From the IMG/VR virus record IMGVR_UViG_3300033143_001932: a stretch of 20,000 nucleotides of DNA; one strand, given 5' to 3'. Positions 1-8,420 of the stretch are shown one piece after another. A program made the position numbers and the translations under genes. The stretch's first letter is position 1. Each line of letters starts with the position of its first letter. The notes under the pieces were generated by a model. That model ran no database searches, was not told the DNA's origin, and saw nothing but the letters and a program-made list of their open reading frames with translations. This stretch comes from an uncultured virus (IMG/VR IMGVR_UViG_3300033143_001932) (lineage: Duplodnaviria; Heunggongvirae; Uroviricota; Caudoviricetes; Crassvirales).

Positions 1-10
1 TTCGCTCATT

Positions 11-229
11 TTATTTTTTTCTTTTAGAGTAATAAGGACTATCGATTATATTTATTCTATTAATATTATATAGTTTCCCAACCTCTAGTGTATCTTTTGA
101 AAGAATAACCTCTACTTGTTTAGTTTTAGGGTTTTGTAAATGGTAGAGCTGAACATCCAGCTTACTAACTACTTCAAACTTAGAACACCCTAAAAGGGTT
201 GCTAAAAAAATGGGGTAAAGGTTTTTCAT
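11..229 (-). CDS. Hypothetical protein, possible lipoprotein
   Basis: 72-aa ORF. N-terminus MKNLYPIFLATLLG-C looks like a signal peptide II with lipobox. Confidence 0.6.
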   Translation of the reverse strand: MKNLYPIFLATLLGCSKFEVVSKLDVQLYHLQNPKTKQVEVILSKDTLEVGKLYNINRINIIDSPYYSKRKK

Positions 230-283
230 TCTATTCCGTATTTTATTTTTTTCTGCCCTGACGCTTTTAAAGATACACCTTTT

Positions 284-379
284 TCATTTGTCATCTTTTT
301 TCTTTTTCATTTTATTTAAATACATATCGTCAAATTTATTTAACAATATCAGTAATATAAAATTAATATACCCTTTCAT
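284..379 (-). CDS. Microprotein (31 aa, MKGYINFILLILLNKFDDMYLNKMKKKKDDK)
   Basis: Translated by hand. ATGA overlap with upstream ORF 376..486. Confidence 0.45.
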   Translation of the reverse strand: MKGYINFILLILLNKFDDMYLNKMKKKKDDK

Positions 380-486
380 CGTGTTTGAGATTTTATGTTA
401 CATATTCTGATGTAAAGCTCTACATTAAAAGAGCCTTCGTTATTTCTGGTCCACCAGCTAATTTGATCACTTAATTCTATCTTCAT
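376..486 (-). CDS. Microprotein (36 aa, MKIELSDQISWWTRNNEGSFNVELYIRICNIKSQTR)
   Basis: Translated by hand. Starts 4 nt after the stop of 491..1156 and fills the operon gap. Confidence 0.55.
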   Translation of the reverse strand: MKIELSDQISWWTRNNEGSFNVELYIRICNIKSQTR

Positions 487-490
487 TTTA

Positions 491-1156
491 TTATGCTTGC
501 ATACGTTCTATTTCTTTTAAAGCTTCTTTTTTGGTAGTGCTTACAAATTCCTCTAGGCTCCATTCCATATACCATCCTTTTTTATATTCATCACCTAGCT
601 TATGGTAATCCTCTACTAAATAAACTAAAGTTCCCCAATCTGTATCTACACTCTTGCCCCATACTGGTAAGTCGTATTCTTCCATATTCATAAGCACTCC
701 ATTTATAGATTGCCATACAGCTCCATATCCCTGCTCTTCTTCCCATTCAAAAGTGAATGTTGGGATATCTTGGGATAGTTTGCGAATTATTTCTTCACTA
801 GGTGGAGACCAAGCGGAAGTAAAGTTGTATACTCCATCATCATACTGATTATCATAACAACCCCATTTAGTTCCCCATACTTTATTAGCCCAGTCATACC
901 AATTAGAGGCACCGTATTTCTTAATTAGGTTTTTAACCCTTTTCTTGGTAGTTCGATACGTTTTGAAACTTCCATTATCTACAACAGGTTCTTTTTTATA
1001 CTCTTCCTCACTCACGATCGTAGGGGGAGAAGTAGTGTTTTCTATTTCTTTTGGCATAGGTGCGTAGTATTTACACAAACCTACTTTAGATATTTCTTCT
1101 AATTTATCAGCATACTGTTCTTCAACTGATATTATGTTATAAACGTGATTAGGCAT
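491..1156 (-). CDS. DUF1281/YubB-like ferredoxin-fold domain protein
   Basis: Motifs MPNH..N, NWYDW...WGTKW and F.SAWSPP are typical of this family. Confidence 0.75.
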   Translation of the reverse strand: MPNHVYNIISVEEQYADKLEEISKVGLCKYYAPMPKEIENTTSPPTIVSEEEYKKEPVVDNGSFKTYRTTKKRVKNLIKKYGASNWYDWANKVWGTKWGCYDNQYDDGVYNFTSAWSPPSEEIIRKLSQDIPTFTFEWEEEQGYGAVWQSINGVLMNMEEYDLPVWGKSVDTDWGTLVYLVEDYHKLGDEYKKGWYMEWSLEEFVSTTKKEALKEIERMQA

Positions 1157-1161
1157 ATTTT

Positions 1162-1539
1162 TTATTTTAAATCTTCTAGTTCTTCTATTATGTTTTCTAC
1201 GTCTTCTTTTTCTAATCTAGCGTTCCATTTATCGCTTAGTGTTGACGACTCGCTTAGTATCTCTTCTCCTTTAATGTACACAAACATATTTACTACTTTT
1301 TCGGCATCACTAAAGTCTGTGCTACAATCTCCAAAGTGTAATTGTTCGTATTGTTTTATTTCTTCTATAGCATTAAACACCCCTCCATTTTCTTGAAGCC
1401 ACTCTTTAGCTAGTGCAGTGCCTATAATGTAGTAATCCTCATTAAAGATGTAATTGTGTAAGTCGCATCCATAGTTGCCTTCTCCTCTATCATTTACTCC
1501 TTCAATTGCGTGATCTACTAATTCTTCTAAATGTTTCAT
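1162..1539 (-). CDS. Acidic phage hypothetical protein (weakly Ocr-like)
   Basis: Likely start is MKHLEEL at 1539 (A-rich leader; a separate microORF occupies the upstream region). Contains DLHNYIFNEDYYIIG and is very D/E-rich. Confidence 0.7.
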   Translation of the reverse strand: MKHLEELVDHAIEGVNDRGEGNYGCDLHNYIFNEDYYIIGTALAKEWLQENGGVFNAIEEIKQYEQLHFGDCSTDFSDAEKVVNMFVYIKGEEILSESSTLSDKWNARLEKEDVENIIEELEDLK

Positions 1540-1544
1540 TTTAT

Positions 1545-1625
1545 TTAAATTAAAATCCATAATAAAAAGGCGAAAGTTATTATTACGCCTAGTATCCATA
1601 TATATTCTGTCCAGTAATGTTTCAT
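1545..1625 (-). CDS. Single-TM microprotein (26 aa, MKHYWTEYIWILGVIITFAFLLWILI)
   Basis: Translated by hand. Hydrophobic helix; ATGA overlap with 1622..1699. Confidence 0.55.
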   Translation of the reverse strand: MKHYWTEYIWILGVIITFAFLLWILI

Positions 1626-1699
1626 TTTTTCTTTTTTAAAACTATTAACATCACCGCCATTACCAGGGTAAATATTAACATTATTTTTATTGTTCCCAT
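1622..1699 (-). CDS. Single-TM microprotein (25 aa, MGTIKIMLIFTLVMAVMLIVLKKKK)
   Basis: Translated by hand. A-rich leader ending ATTATG; hydrophobic helix followed by a poly-Lys tail. Confidence 0.55.
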   Translation of the reverse strand: MGTIKIMLIFTLVMAVMLIVLKKKK

Positions 1700-1754
1700 A
1701 ATTTTTTTATTTTTTTAATAATAGATCACTTTTTGATCACTTTTTTACAGGTCG

Positions 1755-2213
1755 CTACCAAGATGCTCGATACCATAAATCTCCATCTTGTTCGTTTTTC
1801 AATAAATCACTTATCACTTCGAGAGTTTCTTGACAACAATCATAGTAGTATTCATCATACATTAAGCTACCAAAAAAGAACCCGCTGTCTGTGGGTAGGT
1901 GTTTGGCTGAGGTTTCCTCATCTTTATGGTGAAGGACAATTGTTAGTGTTGACACAAGATCAGCTAATATAGACCTATCTATATAGATCTCTTGACACTC
2001 GTCATTACCATCTGCGCAATTATCAATAAAGAACTTATGGATGTGATTAGCTTTTCGCCAATACATTATTTGTTCAACGGTTTCTGTGATTCGTTCAGGT
2101 TTTATTTCATGACCACACTCTCTTTTAATGGTTATGTTATATCTTCTCTCTTTAGGAGTATGATTCCAATTTTCTACATACGTCCTTTTGTTTAAAAACA
2201 TGTCTAATCCCAT
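1755..2213 (-). CDS. Conserved phage hypothetical protein
   Basis: MGLDM..., YWRKANHIHKFF, GFFFGS..YDEYY and Y.ASW motifs recur in phage early genes. Confidence 0.8.
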   Translation of the reverse strand: MGLDMFLNKRTYVENWNHTPKERRYNITIKRECGHEIKPERITETVEQIMYWRKANHIHKFFIDNCADGNDECQEIYIDRSILADLVSTLTIVLHHKDEETSAKHLPTDSGFFFGSLMYDEYYYDCCQETLEVISDLLKNEQDGDLWYRASW

Positions 2214-2225
2214 AGTTTCTATTTG

Positions 2226-2432
2226 TTATTTTCCATAATTTATATATTTACTCGTCAGAGGTTCAATTATAAAATCATCTAATGATTCTTGTGAATCTTC
2301 ATCTCTTTGAGCATTGTGTTCCTCTAACCATTTCTCAGGGTTGTTAGTTATTACTTGTAATTCTTTTTCCCCGTCCCATTGACCGAGAGTTGAATAGTCA
2401 AAATATATTGCATATTTTCTTGGTTCACTCAT
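2226..2432 (-). CDS. Hypothetical protein
   Basis: 68-aa ORF with shared leader AACAAATAGAAATTATG. Confidence 0.7.
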   Translation of the reverse strand: MSEPRKYAIYFDYSTLGQWDGEKELQVITNNPEKWLEEHNAQRDEDSQESLDDFIIEPLTSKYINYGK

Positions 2433-2450
2433 AATTTCTATTTGTTATTA

Positions 2451-2702
2451 TTAATCTACTACACCACCTCTGTAGTAATTCCTTATTGTGTGGTGGTTAG
2501 GAAAGAATTCTTCGTGATATCTTCTGCGTACTTCATCACTTACAAAAGTGTAATGACATCCATTACAGTATTTTAATTCATTATTTAGGTTGTAATACTT
2601 TGCAAAAGATGCATCTGTATCTGGCCAATCTTCTGTCCTTACTAATTCTGATTTAGCTCCTTGATATTTTACGTTCCAATATTCTACTTTAAATGTTTTC
2701 AT
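2451..2702 (-). CDS. Hypothetical protein
   Basis: 83-aa ORF, tightly packed in the operon. Confidence 0.7.
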   Translation of the reverse strand: MKTFKVEYWNVKYQGAKSELVRTEDWPDTDASFAKYYNLNNELKYCNGCHYTFVSDEVRRRYHEEFFPNHHTIRNYYRGGVVD

Positions 2703-2703
2703 C

Positions 2704-3137
2704 TTATTTGTTATATTGTTTAATAAATTCTACTACTGCATTGTAGGTAGCATCTAGTTTGTTATCTCCATTCATTTCAATAATAATATCCATTGATTCT
2801 CCATCAAGTATGTAAACAAAATGTTGTTCTATTCTGAAATTATATAAATGACCTCTCATCGAATCTCCATCATTTCCGTCTTGAAAACTCTCTATCTTCT
2901 CCACTACAGGCATAAGCCAATCCCAAGAGGTGTGGTAATAAGCCAATCCCAAGAGGTGTGGTATTCAAGACAATCTTTAGGTATCTCCCATATTAGGTTG
3001 TCGTTTTCCACTCTATTACTACACCACTCTCTATGGTCACTGGCTAGAAATTGAGGCAAACTATCTGACAATAGATACTCTCCCCTATCCGATATTTTAT
3101 ATCCCATAAATTCTGCTATTAGTTTATTGTTCTCCAT
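2704..3137 (-). pseudogene. MENNKLIAEFMG...YHTSWDWLMPVVEKIE-family protein, frameshifted by a 26-bp tandem duplication
   Basis: ORFs 2904..3137 and 2704..2952 both contain YHTSWDWL. Removing one 26-bp copy gives 408 nt, a single 135-aa ORF colinear with paralog 3124..3327. Confidence 0.8.
2912..2963. repeat. Perfect 2x26-bp tandem duplication ATAAGCCAATCCCAAGAGGTGTGGTA
   Basis: Copies at 2912-2937 and 2938-2963. Confidence 0.95.
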
Positions 3138-3327
3138 CGTTATATTGTTTAATAAATTCTACTACTGATGGATATGTTACTTCAATATCTCCTACATATT
3201 CAAATTCTGGTTTTATAAACAGTATTCTATTTACCACAGGCATTAACCAATCCCAAGCGTAAAATTCTCCATCAACTATTTCTAATTGATATCCCATAAA
3301 TTCTGCTATTATTTCATTTTGCTCCAT
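3124..3327 (-). CDS. Short paralog of 2704..3137
   Basis: Shares IAEFMGY, WDWLMPVV and VVEFIKQYN. Identical DNA blocks at 2710-2738/3139-3167 and 3099-3121/3289-3311. Confidence 0.75.
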   Translation of the reverse strand: MEQNEIIAEFMGYQLEIVDGEFYAWDWLMPVVNRILFIKPEFEYVGDIEVTYPSVVEFIKQYNDGEQ

Positions 3328-3332
3328 AATTT

Positions 3333-3497
3333 CTATTTTTTATTTAGGTTATTAATTTCAGAATAAAAGTCGTATCCGTATGACTCTTGATGTTCATCAT
3401 CTTTGTTGAATCTATCGTATACTACTCCCTCTGTGTCGAATTTTATTTGTATATAGTCACCACTTGGTAAGTATATATATCTATATTCTCCGTCCAT
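3333..3497 (-). CDS. Hypothetical protein (54 aa, MDGEYRYIYLPSGDYIQIKFDTEGVVYDRF...)
   Basis: Translated by hand; fills the operon gap. Confidence 0.65.
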   Translation of the reverse strand: MDGEYRYIYLPSGDYIQIKFDTEGVVYDRFNKDDEHQESYGYDFYSEINNLNKK

Positions 3498-3512
3498 TGT
3501 TTAACTTATTAC

Positions 3513-3701
3513 TTATTGTTTTAATAAGAGTTGTATTTTATCTCTTGTTTGTTCTAGTTGTTCTATATCTCTTTGTAAGTGTGGGTTGCAATCCTGGTTG
3601 CCGGTTTGTTCAGACAACAGGAGCTGAAACTTCTTACTGTCAATTAATATGGTTAACTCTGTTATTACAGATATTAACCCCTTTGCTGTGTTTACGTCCA
3701 T
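3513..3701 (-). CDS. Hypothetical coiled-coil protein
   Basis: Likely start is MDVNTAK at 3701, because another microORF occupies the upstream region. Confidence 0.6.
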   Translation of the reverse strand: MDVNTAKGLISVITELTILIDSKKFQLLLSEQTGNQDCNPHLQRDIEQLEQTRDKIQLLLKQ

Positions 3702-3796
3702 TTTATTAAGATTAGATATATCATTATTAATATGTTGAGCATTATGCTTATACACGCTAATTCAAATGCTCTTTTGGCTCTGTGGCTATACTTCAT
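3692..3796 (-). CDS. Single-TM microprotein (34 aa, MKYSHRAKRAFELACISIMLNILIMIYLILIKWT)
   Basis: Translated by hand. ATGA overlap with 3793..4080. Confidence 0.55.
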   Translation of the reverse strand: MKYSHRAKRAFELACISIMLNILIMIYLILIKWT

Positions 3797-4080
3797 ATTA
3801 AGTCTAGCTTTTCGATTAGTTCTTGTGACTTATACTTTAACATTTTCTCACTATGCGCCTCTAGTATCATTCTATTTAGTACACTCGTTATTCCGCTAAT
3901 TCCATCTACCATGAAATATGTAGCACTACTGTTATTATTTTTCCTGAAATAATAGAAGCTAGAACCACCATATTTGTTTGATAATTTTGTAATATCAGCA
4001 GCAAACTTGTCTATTAATTCTCTGCACTCTGCGTTTACTTTAATTTGAAGTGCTTTTTCTATTGCGTTTGTTGTTTCCAT
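3793..4080 (-). CDS. Hypothetical protein
   Basis: 95-aa ORF in the operon. Confidence 0.7.
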   Translation of the reverse strand: METTNAIEKALQIKVNAECRELIDKFAADITKLSNKYGGSSFYYFRKNNNSSATYFMVDGISGITSVLNRMILEAHSEKMLKYKSQELIEKLDLI

Positions 4081-4236
4081 TTATTTGTTTTTTGGTGAAT
4101 AATTTTGAATTACATATTTAGCGAACTCTACATAAATGTATTGTTCGTCATACATAAAATAGATTTTGTTTTTATGTATGGCTTTGAGGTATAGTTTTTT
4201 AAATTCTTCAAAGGCTTCCGGGGTGAAGTCAATCAT
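4081..4236 (-). CDS. Hypothetical protein (51 aa, MIDFTPEAFEEFKKLYLKA...VEFAKYVIQNY)
   Basis: Translated by hand; abuts both neighbours. Confidence 0.65.
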   Translation of the reverse strand: MIDFTPEAFEEFKKLYLKAIHKNKIYFMYDEQYIYVEFAKYVIQNYSPKNK

Positions 4237-4238
4237 TT

Positions 4239-4490
4239 TTAAGTTATTTCATTTACGTTATTTATAATTCGTGATTGGTCTTTGTCGTATTGTTTATAGT
4301 CTATAATAAACCCAACTAAGACTATTATGTTCATTCCACAAGAGGCTAATATCTCATGAAGATCCGCATACACATTTAAAGATAAATGGATATGCCCTAC
4401 CATCCAAAAGGGGACGGCAAGGTTTTGACTTATCCATATTAAAGTAAACTTTGTTATGCTTTTTATTTTTAATTTATTTATAGTATACAT
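4239..4490 (-). CDS. Hypothetical membrane protein
   Basis: 83 aa with two hydrophobic segments. Confidence 0.6.
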   Translation of the reverse strand: MYTINKLKIKSITKFTLIWISQNLAVPFWMVGHIHLSLNVYADLHEILASCGMNIIVLVGFIIDYKQYDKDQSRIINNVNEIT

Positions 4491-5550
4491 TTGTCATTTC
4501 ATCTATTTGTTCATCTTTATAGGTACTACAAGTCATGCAATAAAGCCTAGCTTCATACTCATCATACCACAACTCATCAGAACAGTTATTACAATCAACT
4601 CCAGCTTCCATAACTTCACCTTCCATTCTTTCTTCTAAAGGGACATCTTCAAACTTTGGATTGTAATATTCCCAATTACCATCATCAGCCCATCTATCTT
4701 CTAATAAATAGCTGTCTACATACGATTGATGATGAACCCCACTATCCTTAACGGTGTCGTTAAAGTATGTCCACGCCTCTACTATCTCTCCGTTACTTAG
4801 TCGTATTGGAGTCTTTTGTCTTTTATACCAATTGGGGTGTCCTTCTAACATATCTATGTCTATCATTGTGTCTTTGTCAACTAGAAACACATCTACATCT
4901 ACATTATGTCCTACTCCCTTTTTACTTAGTAGGTATGGTAGTCCCTCTACTATAAGGGGATATTTGTATACAGTTTCACCTGAGTCTACATATTCTGATT
5001 GTGTTAGGTAGCTATAATAATTACTATGTTTATATTTAAGCGTTCCGTATACAGCCATAAAACTAAACCCTAACACATTCTTCTTGCTATACATAATTCC
5101 ATCGCTGTCGCTGTGCCACAGTTTAGGATTATATATTTCAAATGTTTTTTCTTTAGTATTAGCAACTACATATCTACAATTTGTCATTTCCAACACTTTC
5201 CTCCAACGACTTGGTGCTAAATCTGCTAGTATTTCAGCCAGCTCCTCAGTGTCGGTTGTTAGTAAATTCCCCAATCCTGGTACTGTTCCATTTTGGAATA
5301 AAAGATTGTCTTTATCAATACTAAACGGATGACAGTTGTTGAGGTTTATTTTACCTACAGTTGCATACCTAAAGTGAGCTATAAACGGTCTAGGCGTTAA
5401 CAGTTTTTCATATTTTTCACTTGGTATTTTTTCTAGTTCAAAAGTATCTAACCATATAATTCCTAGTCCGTCAGGGTTTTTTAGTGCTGAAGCAACAAGG
5501 GTTGCATGGTTAATGATGTTTTTGTTTTCTTTAATTATTATTACACACAT
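4474..5550 (-). CDS. Class II glutamine amidotransferase fused to a gamma-glutamylcyclotransferase (AIG2-like) domain and a C-terminal Zn ribbon
   Basis: GATase-II: N-terminal nucleophile Cys2 (MCVII), NPDG.G, HFRYAT.G, N.HPF, QNG. GGCT: VYGTLK and D.LEGHP.WY.R. Tail: CxxC...CxxC. Confidence 0.85.
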   Translation of the reverse strand: MCVIIIKENKNIINHATLVASALKNPDGLGIIWLDTFELEKIPSEKYEKLLTPRPFIAHFRYATVGKINLNNCHPFSIDKDNLLFQNGTVPGLGNLLTTDTEELAEILADLAPSRWRKVLEMTNCRYVVANTKEKTFEIYNPKLWHSDSDGIMYSKKNVLGFSFMAVYGTLKYKHSNYYSYLTQSEYVDSGETVYKYPLIVEGLPYLLSKKGVGHNVDVDVFLVDKDTMIDIDMLEGHPNWYKRQKTPIRLSNGEIVEAWTYFNDTVKDSGVHHQSYVDSYLLEDRWADDGNWEYYNPKFEDVPLEERMEGEVMEAGVDCNNCSDELWYDEYEARLYCMTCSTYKDEQIDEMTNVYYK

Positions 5551-5551
5551 A

Positions 5552-6847
5552 TTATCTATCGTTTGATGGGTTAATGAATTCTTCTATTGAGTCGCTTACT
5601 TCATCAGCGATCAAGTAAGTTCTAAATGCACAAGCTAAGTCTATAATTTTCTTAACTTTCGCTTTATCGCCATACATTTTCATTAATATAGGCTTTACTC
5701 TTTTTATTAAAATTCCAAAGGGCGCTGAACCTTGTCCAACACTGGCATTTACAATTTGATACATTAAGTCATATCTTAGCTTTAGTTGTCTGGTGTTTTG
5801 AACTCTGTTCGGCAATCTTATTTCTATAGCACTAATGTTTCTTTTTACCACTACAGTAGAATAATGAGGCGGGTGAGGTAGGTCCATCTTTTTATTATGC
5901 CTACAATGAGTGTTGTTTAATCGATATCTCCATAAAGCATACACTATAGATAAGTTTCCTCTCATTTTTTCAAGTAGATTTACGGGATTCATAAACAACT
6001 TCTTTTTAGCAAGAGTAGGGTGTAGAGCTGCGCTAATAGTGATATGTCCCCCACAGTCGGTATCACACTCCTCATCTATAATACACTCTGCCTCATCTAT
6101 CCAATCAAATACTATCTTTCTTTTTTTACTCCTAACCGGTGAGAGAGGTAATATGTGGGTTATAGCTTCCAATCCACAACTACTATCCGTTTCGAATTTA
6201 GCAAACAAGTCATATTCTCCTATCTCCTCTCCTACATCATCTTGCCCATATCCATTAATGGTTGTTTTCTCAATTTCAAACCCTATTCTAAATTGAGCAT
6301 TCATTGATTTATCCTCCGGGTCTGGACCTTTGTGATATTCACTAATGTGATCACATCCTCCATTTTCTTCTACAACATTGTCTTCATCCCAATAATAACA
6401 CTCACGAGATTCACACCAGTGGGCGTCATCCTCGTGAACATAATCATCAATATCCTCACAATAACTCACGTCTTCATAATATACCCACTGTCCATCAGCC
6501 ATACCATACGACACACACTTAAAATCATCTGAGTCTTCTAGCCATTCTTCAGTAGCCGCATTCTCACACCAAGTCATCATAATGTCTTGATTATGTATCC
6601 ATTCCCCCATCATGTCGGACCACTGTACATCATCTAAGTGATATCTACAATCCCTAGAATCAACATAAGGAAAATCGTCTTCGTGGTCTTGGTGAATAAA
6701 CCCCCGAGCAGGCGAAATGTTTTCTAAGGTTTCTTCTTTAAGAATGTATTCTTCTTGATATTCACTATAAACTATTTCGTCCGAGTGAACATCCATTGGT
6801 TCGTCTACATTGTAAACGGCAACCAGCTCTTTGCTTTGTGTTTTCAT
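5552..6847 (-). CDS. Putative amidoligase (glutamine synthetase-fold COOH-NH2 ligase) with an acidic Cys/His-rich N-terminal region
   Basis: Motifs GFEIE, DSS.G.E..TH.L, CGGHITIS and IEIRL; adjacent to a GATase/GGCT gene. Confidence 0.75.
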   Translation of the reverse strand: MKTQSKELVAVYNVDEPMDVHSDEIVYSEYQEEYILKEETLENISPARGFIHQDHEDDFPYVDSRDCRYHLDDVQWSDMMGEWIHNQDIMMTWCENAATEEWLEDSDDFKCVSYGMADGQWVYYEDVSYCEDIDDYVHEDDAHWCESRECYYWDEDNVVEENGGCDHISEYHKGPDPEDKSMNAQFRIGFEIEKTTINGYGQDDVGEEIGEYDLFAKFETDSSCGLEAITHILPLSPVRSKKRKIVFDWIDEAECIIDEECDTDCGGHITISAALHPTLAKKKLFMNPVNLLEKMRGNLSIVYALWRYRLNNTHCRHNKKMDLPHPPHYSTVVVKRNISAIEIRLPNRVQNTRQLKLRYDLMYQIVNASVGQGSAPFGILIKRVKPILMKMYGDKAKVKKIIDLACAFRTYLIADEVSDSIEEFINPSNDR

Positions 6848-6857
6848 ATATTGTTAT

Positions 6858-7088
6858 TTACTTATTAACTTCTTCGTTTAAGAAATAGATGGTTTCATCT
6901 ATGACTTCTAGGTAGATTTTACCTAACACAGGATCTATAGTGCCGTCTTGTATATCTTCATTCATATACTCTTGCATTTCATACATATTCTCTAATGCAT
7001 ATTCTACACGATAACTCCTAACTGTGTTGTAGGTGGTAAATGACATTACTCCCAATGTCATAAACCCTAAGATTATTTTCTTCATCAT
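6858..7088 (-). CDS. Exported/membrane-anchored hypothetical protein
   Basis: Signal-like N-terminus; EDIQDGTID...GKIY motif is shared with 8782..9048. Confidence 0.7.
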   Translation of the reverse strand: MMKKIILGFMTLGVMSFTTYNTVRSYRVEYALENMYEMQEYMNEDIQDGTIDPVLGKIYLEVIDETIYFLNEEVNK

Positions 7089-7089
7089 C

Positions 7090-7344
7090 TTAACTTATTA
7101 CGGGAAACGTCCAGTCTTTTCCATCTTTACTTTGTCCAAACAACGCTCCACCATCATTACCCTCATCATCTCTTGAAGGCAACACAAGTGAGCCGTCATC
7201 AAACTCAATTACTAATGGTCGATTGTACCAACCCATGTGTTCTTGTTCTTCTTGTGTAATGTATCTTACACTTTTTACTTTCTTACCGACAAGTCTCGTC
7301 CTTGCGTAGCTTGTCCATTGTAACTCTATGTTTTCTTTAGCCAT
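7090..7344 (-). CDS. Conserved phage hypothetical protein
   Basis: Motifs LVGKK.KSVRY and PSRDDEGNDGGALF. Confidence 0.75.
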   Translation of the reverse strand: MAKENIELQWTSYARTRLVGKKVKSVRYITQEEQEHMGWYNRPLVIEFDDGSLVLPSRDDEGNDGGALFGQSKDGKDWTFPVIS

Positions 7345-7354
7345 AACTTTTATT

Positions 7355-7522
7355 TTATTTATAATTATTATTCATAGCGCCATGTATTACATTTTCTTCT
7401 AAGAATTCTACTAAATCATTTATAAACTTGTTTGAATGTGGATTAGGTAATCCATATTTTTTACCGTTTACATAATCATTTACCATGAATACTATCTCTT
7501 GTAATGCTTCTTTATCGCTCAT
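7355..7522 (-). CDS. Hypothetical protein (55 aa, MSDKEALQEIVFMVNDY...)
   Basis: Translated by hand; fills the gap. Confidence 0.6.
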   Translation of the reverse strand: MSDKEALQEIVFMVNDYVNGKKYGLPNPHSNKFINDLVEFLEENVIHGAMNNNYK

Positions 7523-7527
7523 ATTAT

Positions 7528-7752
7528 TTATTTTACTTGATTTTTATAATTTATTATTTTGTTTATTTTTACCACTTGTATCCACTCTCTATAAGACCAT
7601 TCACCCTCATATCCCATTTCCTTAGCTTCTTCTATCTCTTTTATACAGTCTTCTTCACTTTGCAATAGTTCATGAGATGAAAAAAGTTTATTATTTAATA
7701 ATATGTCCCAATTCTCATCTCTTGTCCATTCTTTTCCATCATTATGTCCCAT
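7528..7752 (-). CDS. Hypothetical protein
   Basis: 74 aa; leader AATAAATGTTATG. Confidence 0.65.
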   Translation of the reverse strand: MGHNDGKEWTRDENWDILLNNKLFSSHELLQSEEDCIKEIEEAKEMGYEGEWSYREWIQVVKINKIINYKNQVK

Positions 7753-7768
7753 AACATTTATTTTATTT

Positions 7769-8026
7769 TTAATCGTATAAATCTATTAGAACTGCCATAT
7801 ACATTTCTTCTTGATATATGAAGTTTCTACAAAGTCCCGTTTTATAATAAATATCATAATAATGTTCACACAACAACCACTCAAGCATTTCTTCTCCTTC
7901 TTGATCTAATGTGATTACTTCTATTACTGGATAATACATATCCATTAACTTCATCTCAAAGTGTTCTTTTGCGTGTTCAATTATCCCTGCGGGCAGAGGT
8001 AATTCTCTTGGTTTTATGTGTTCCAA
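7769..8026 (-). CDS. Hypothetical acidic protein
   Basis: 85-aa ORF with a TTG start; the start position is uncertain. Confidence 0.65.
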   Translation of the reverse strand: MEHIKPRELPLPAGIIEHAKEHFEMKLMDMYYPVIEVITLDQEGEEMLEWLLCEHYYDIYYKTGLCRNFIYQEEMYMAVLIDLYD

Positions 8027-8316
8027 ACTTGTATGTATTTATATAAATGTTCTGAGATATCTTGAGTCATAACGCGGTATCCCTCTGCCACAGTATATGC
8101 TTCAGCCTCCTTGTATGTGTGAAATCCCACAAAAATTCTTTCCTTGGTGTATCTGCCATGTTTATCATTAACAGTATATACATTCCACTCAAATCCATTT
8201 AGATCAGCTTCGCTTTTATAATCTTCACCCCACCCATCGTCATTTAATAGGTTGATGGTTGCAGGGTCATTCCATCGTAGCTCTATCCACGCTTCTGGTT
8301 TTGTATCTTCACCCAT
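8014..8316 (-). CDS. Hypothetical protein
   Basis: 100 aa; leader AATAAATGTTATG. Confidence 0.7.
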   Translation of the reverse strand: MGEDTKPEAWIELRWNDPATINLLNDDGWGEDYKSEADLNGFEWNVYTVNDKHGRYTKERIFVGFHTYKEAEAYTVAEGYRVMTQDISEHLYKYIQVWNT

Positions 8317-8321
8317 AACAT

Positions 8322-8420
8322 TTATTTATTTATATATCCAATAAAAAAAGCCAACGCTAATGATAGGTTGACTAATAACATCAAGATATCTCCTTGATAC
8401 TTCTTTATAAATTGTTTCAT
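8322..8420 (-). CDS. Single-TM microprotein (~32 aa, MKQFIKKYQGDILMLLVNLSLALAFFIGYINK)
   Basis: Translated by hand. ATGA overlap with 8417..8785. Confidence 0.5.
   Translation of the reverse strand: MKQFIKKYQGDILMLLVNLSLALAFFIGYINK

Noticed and set aside
2912..2963. CRISPR mini-array
   Set aside because: Two abutting copies with no spacer, inside a gene, and no cas genes.
2704..3327. Diversity-generating retroelement TR/VR pair
   Set aside because: Identity is limited to short blocks within paralogous genes; no adenine-specific mismatch pattern and no reverse transcriptase in the window.
654..6532. + strand ORFs in the track (654..848, 1145..1396, 1733..1972, 1992..2195, 2848..3054, 3464..3709, 4456..4638, 4754..5011, 4767..4955, 5084..5332, 5910..6296, 6332..6532)
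   Set aside because: Antisense shadows of well-supported - strand genes, with Ser/Ile/Phe-rich non-protein-like composition.
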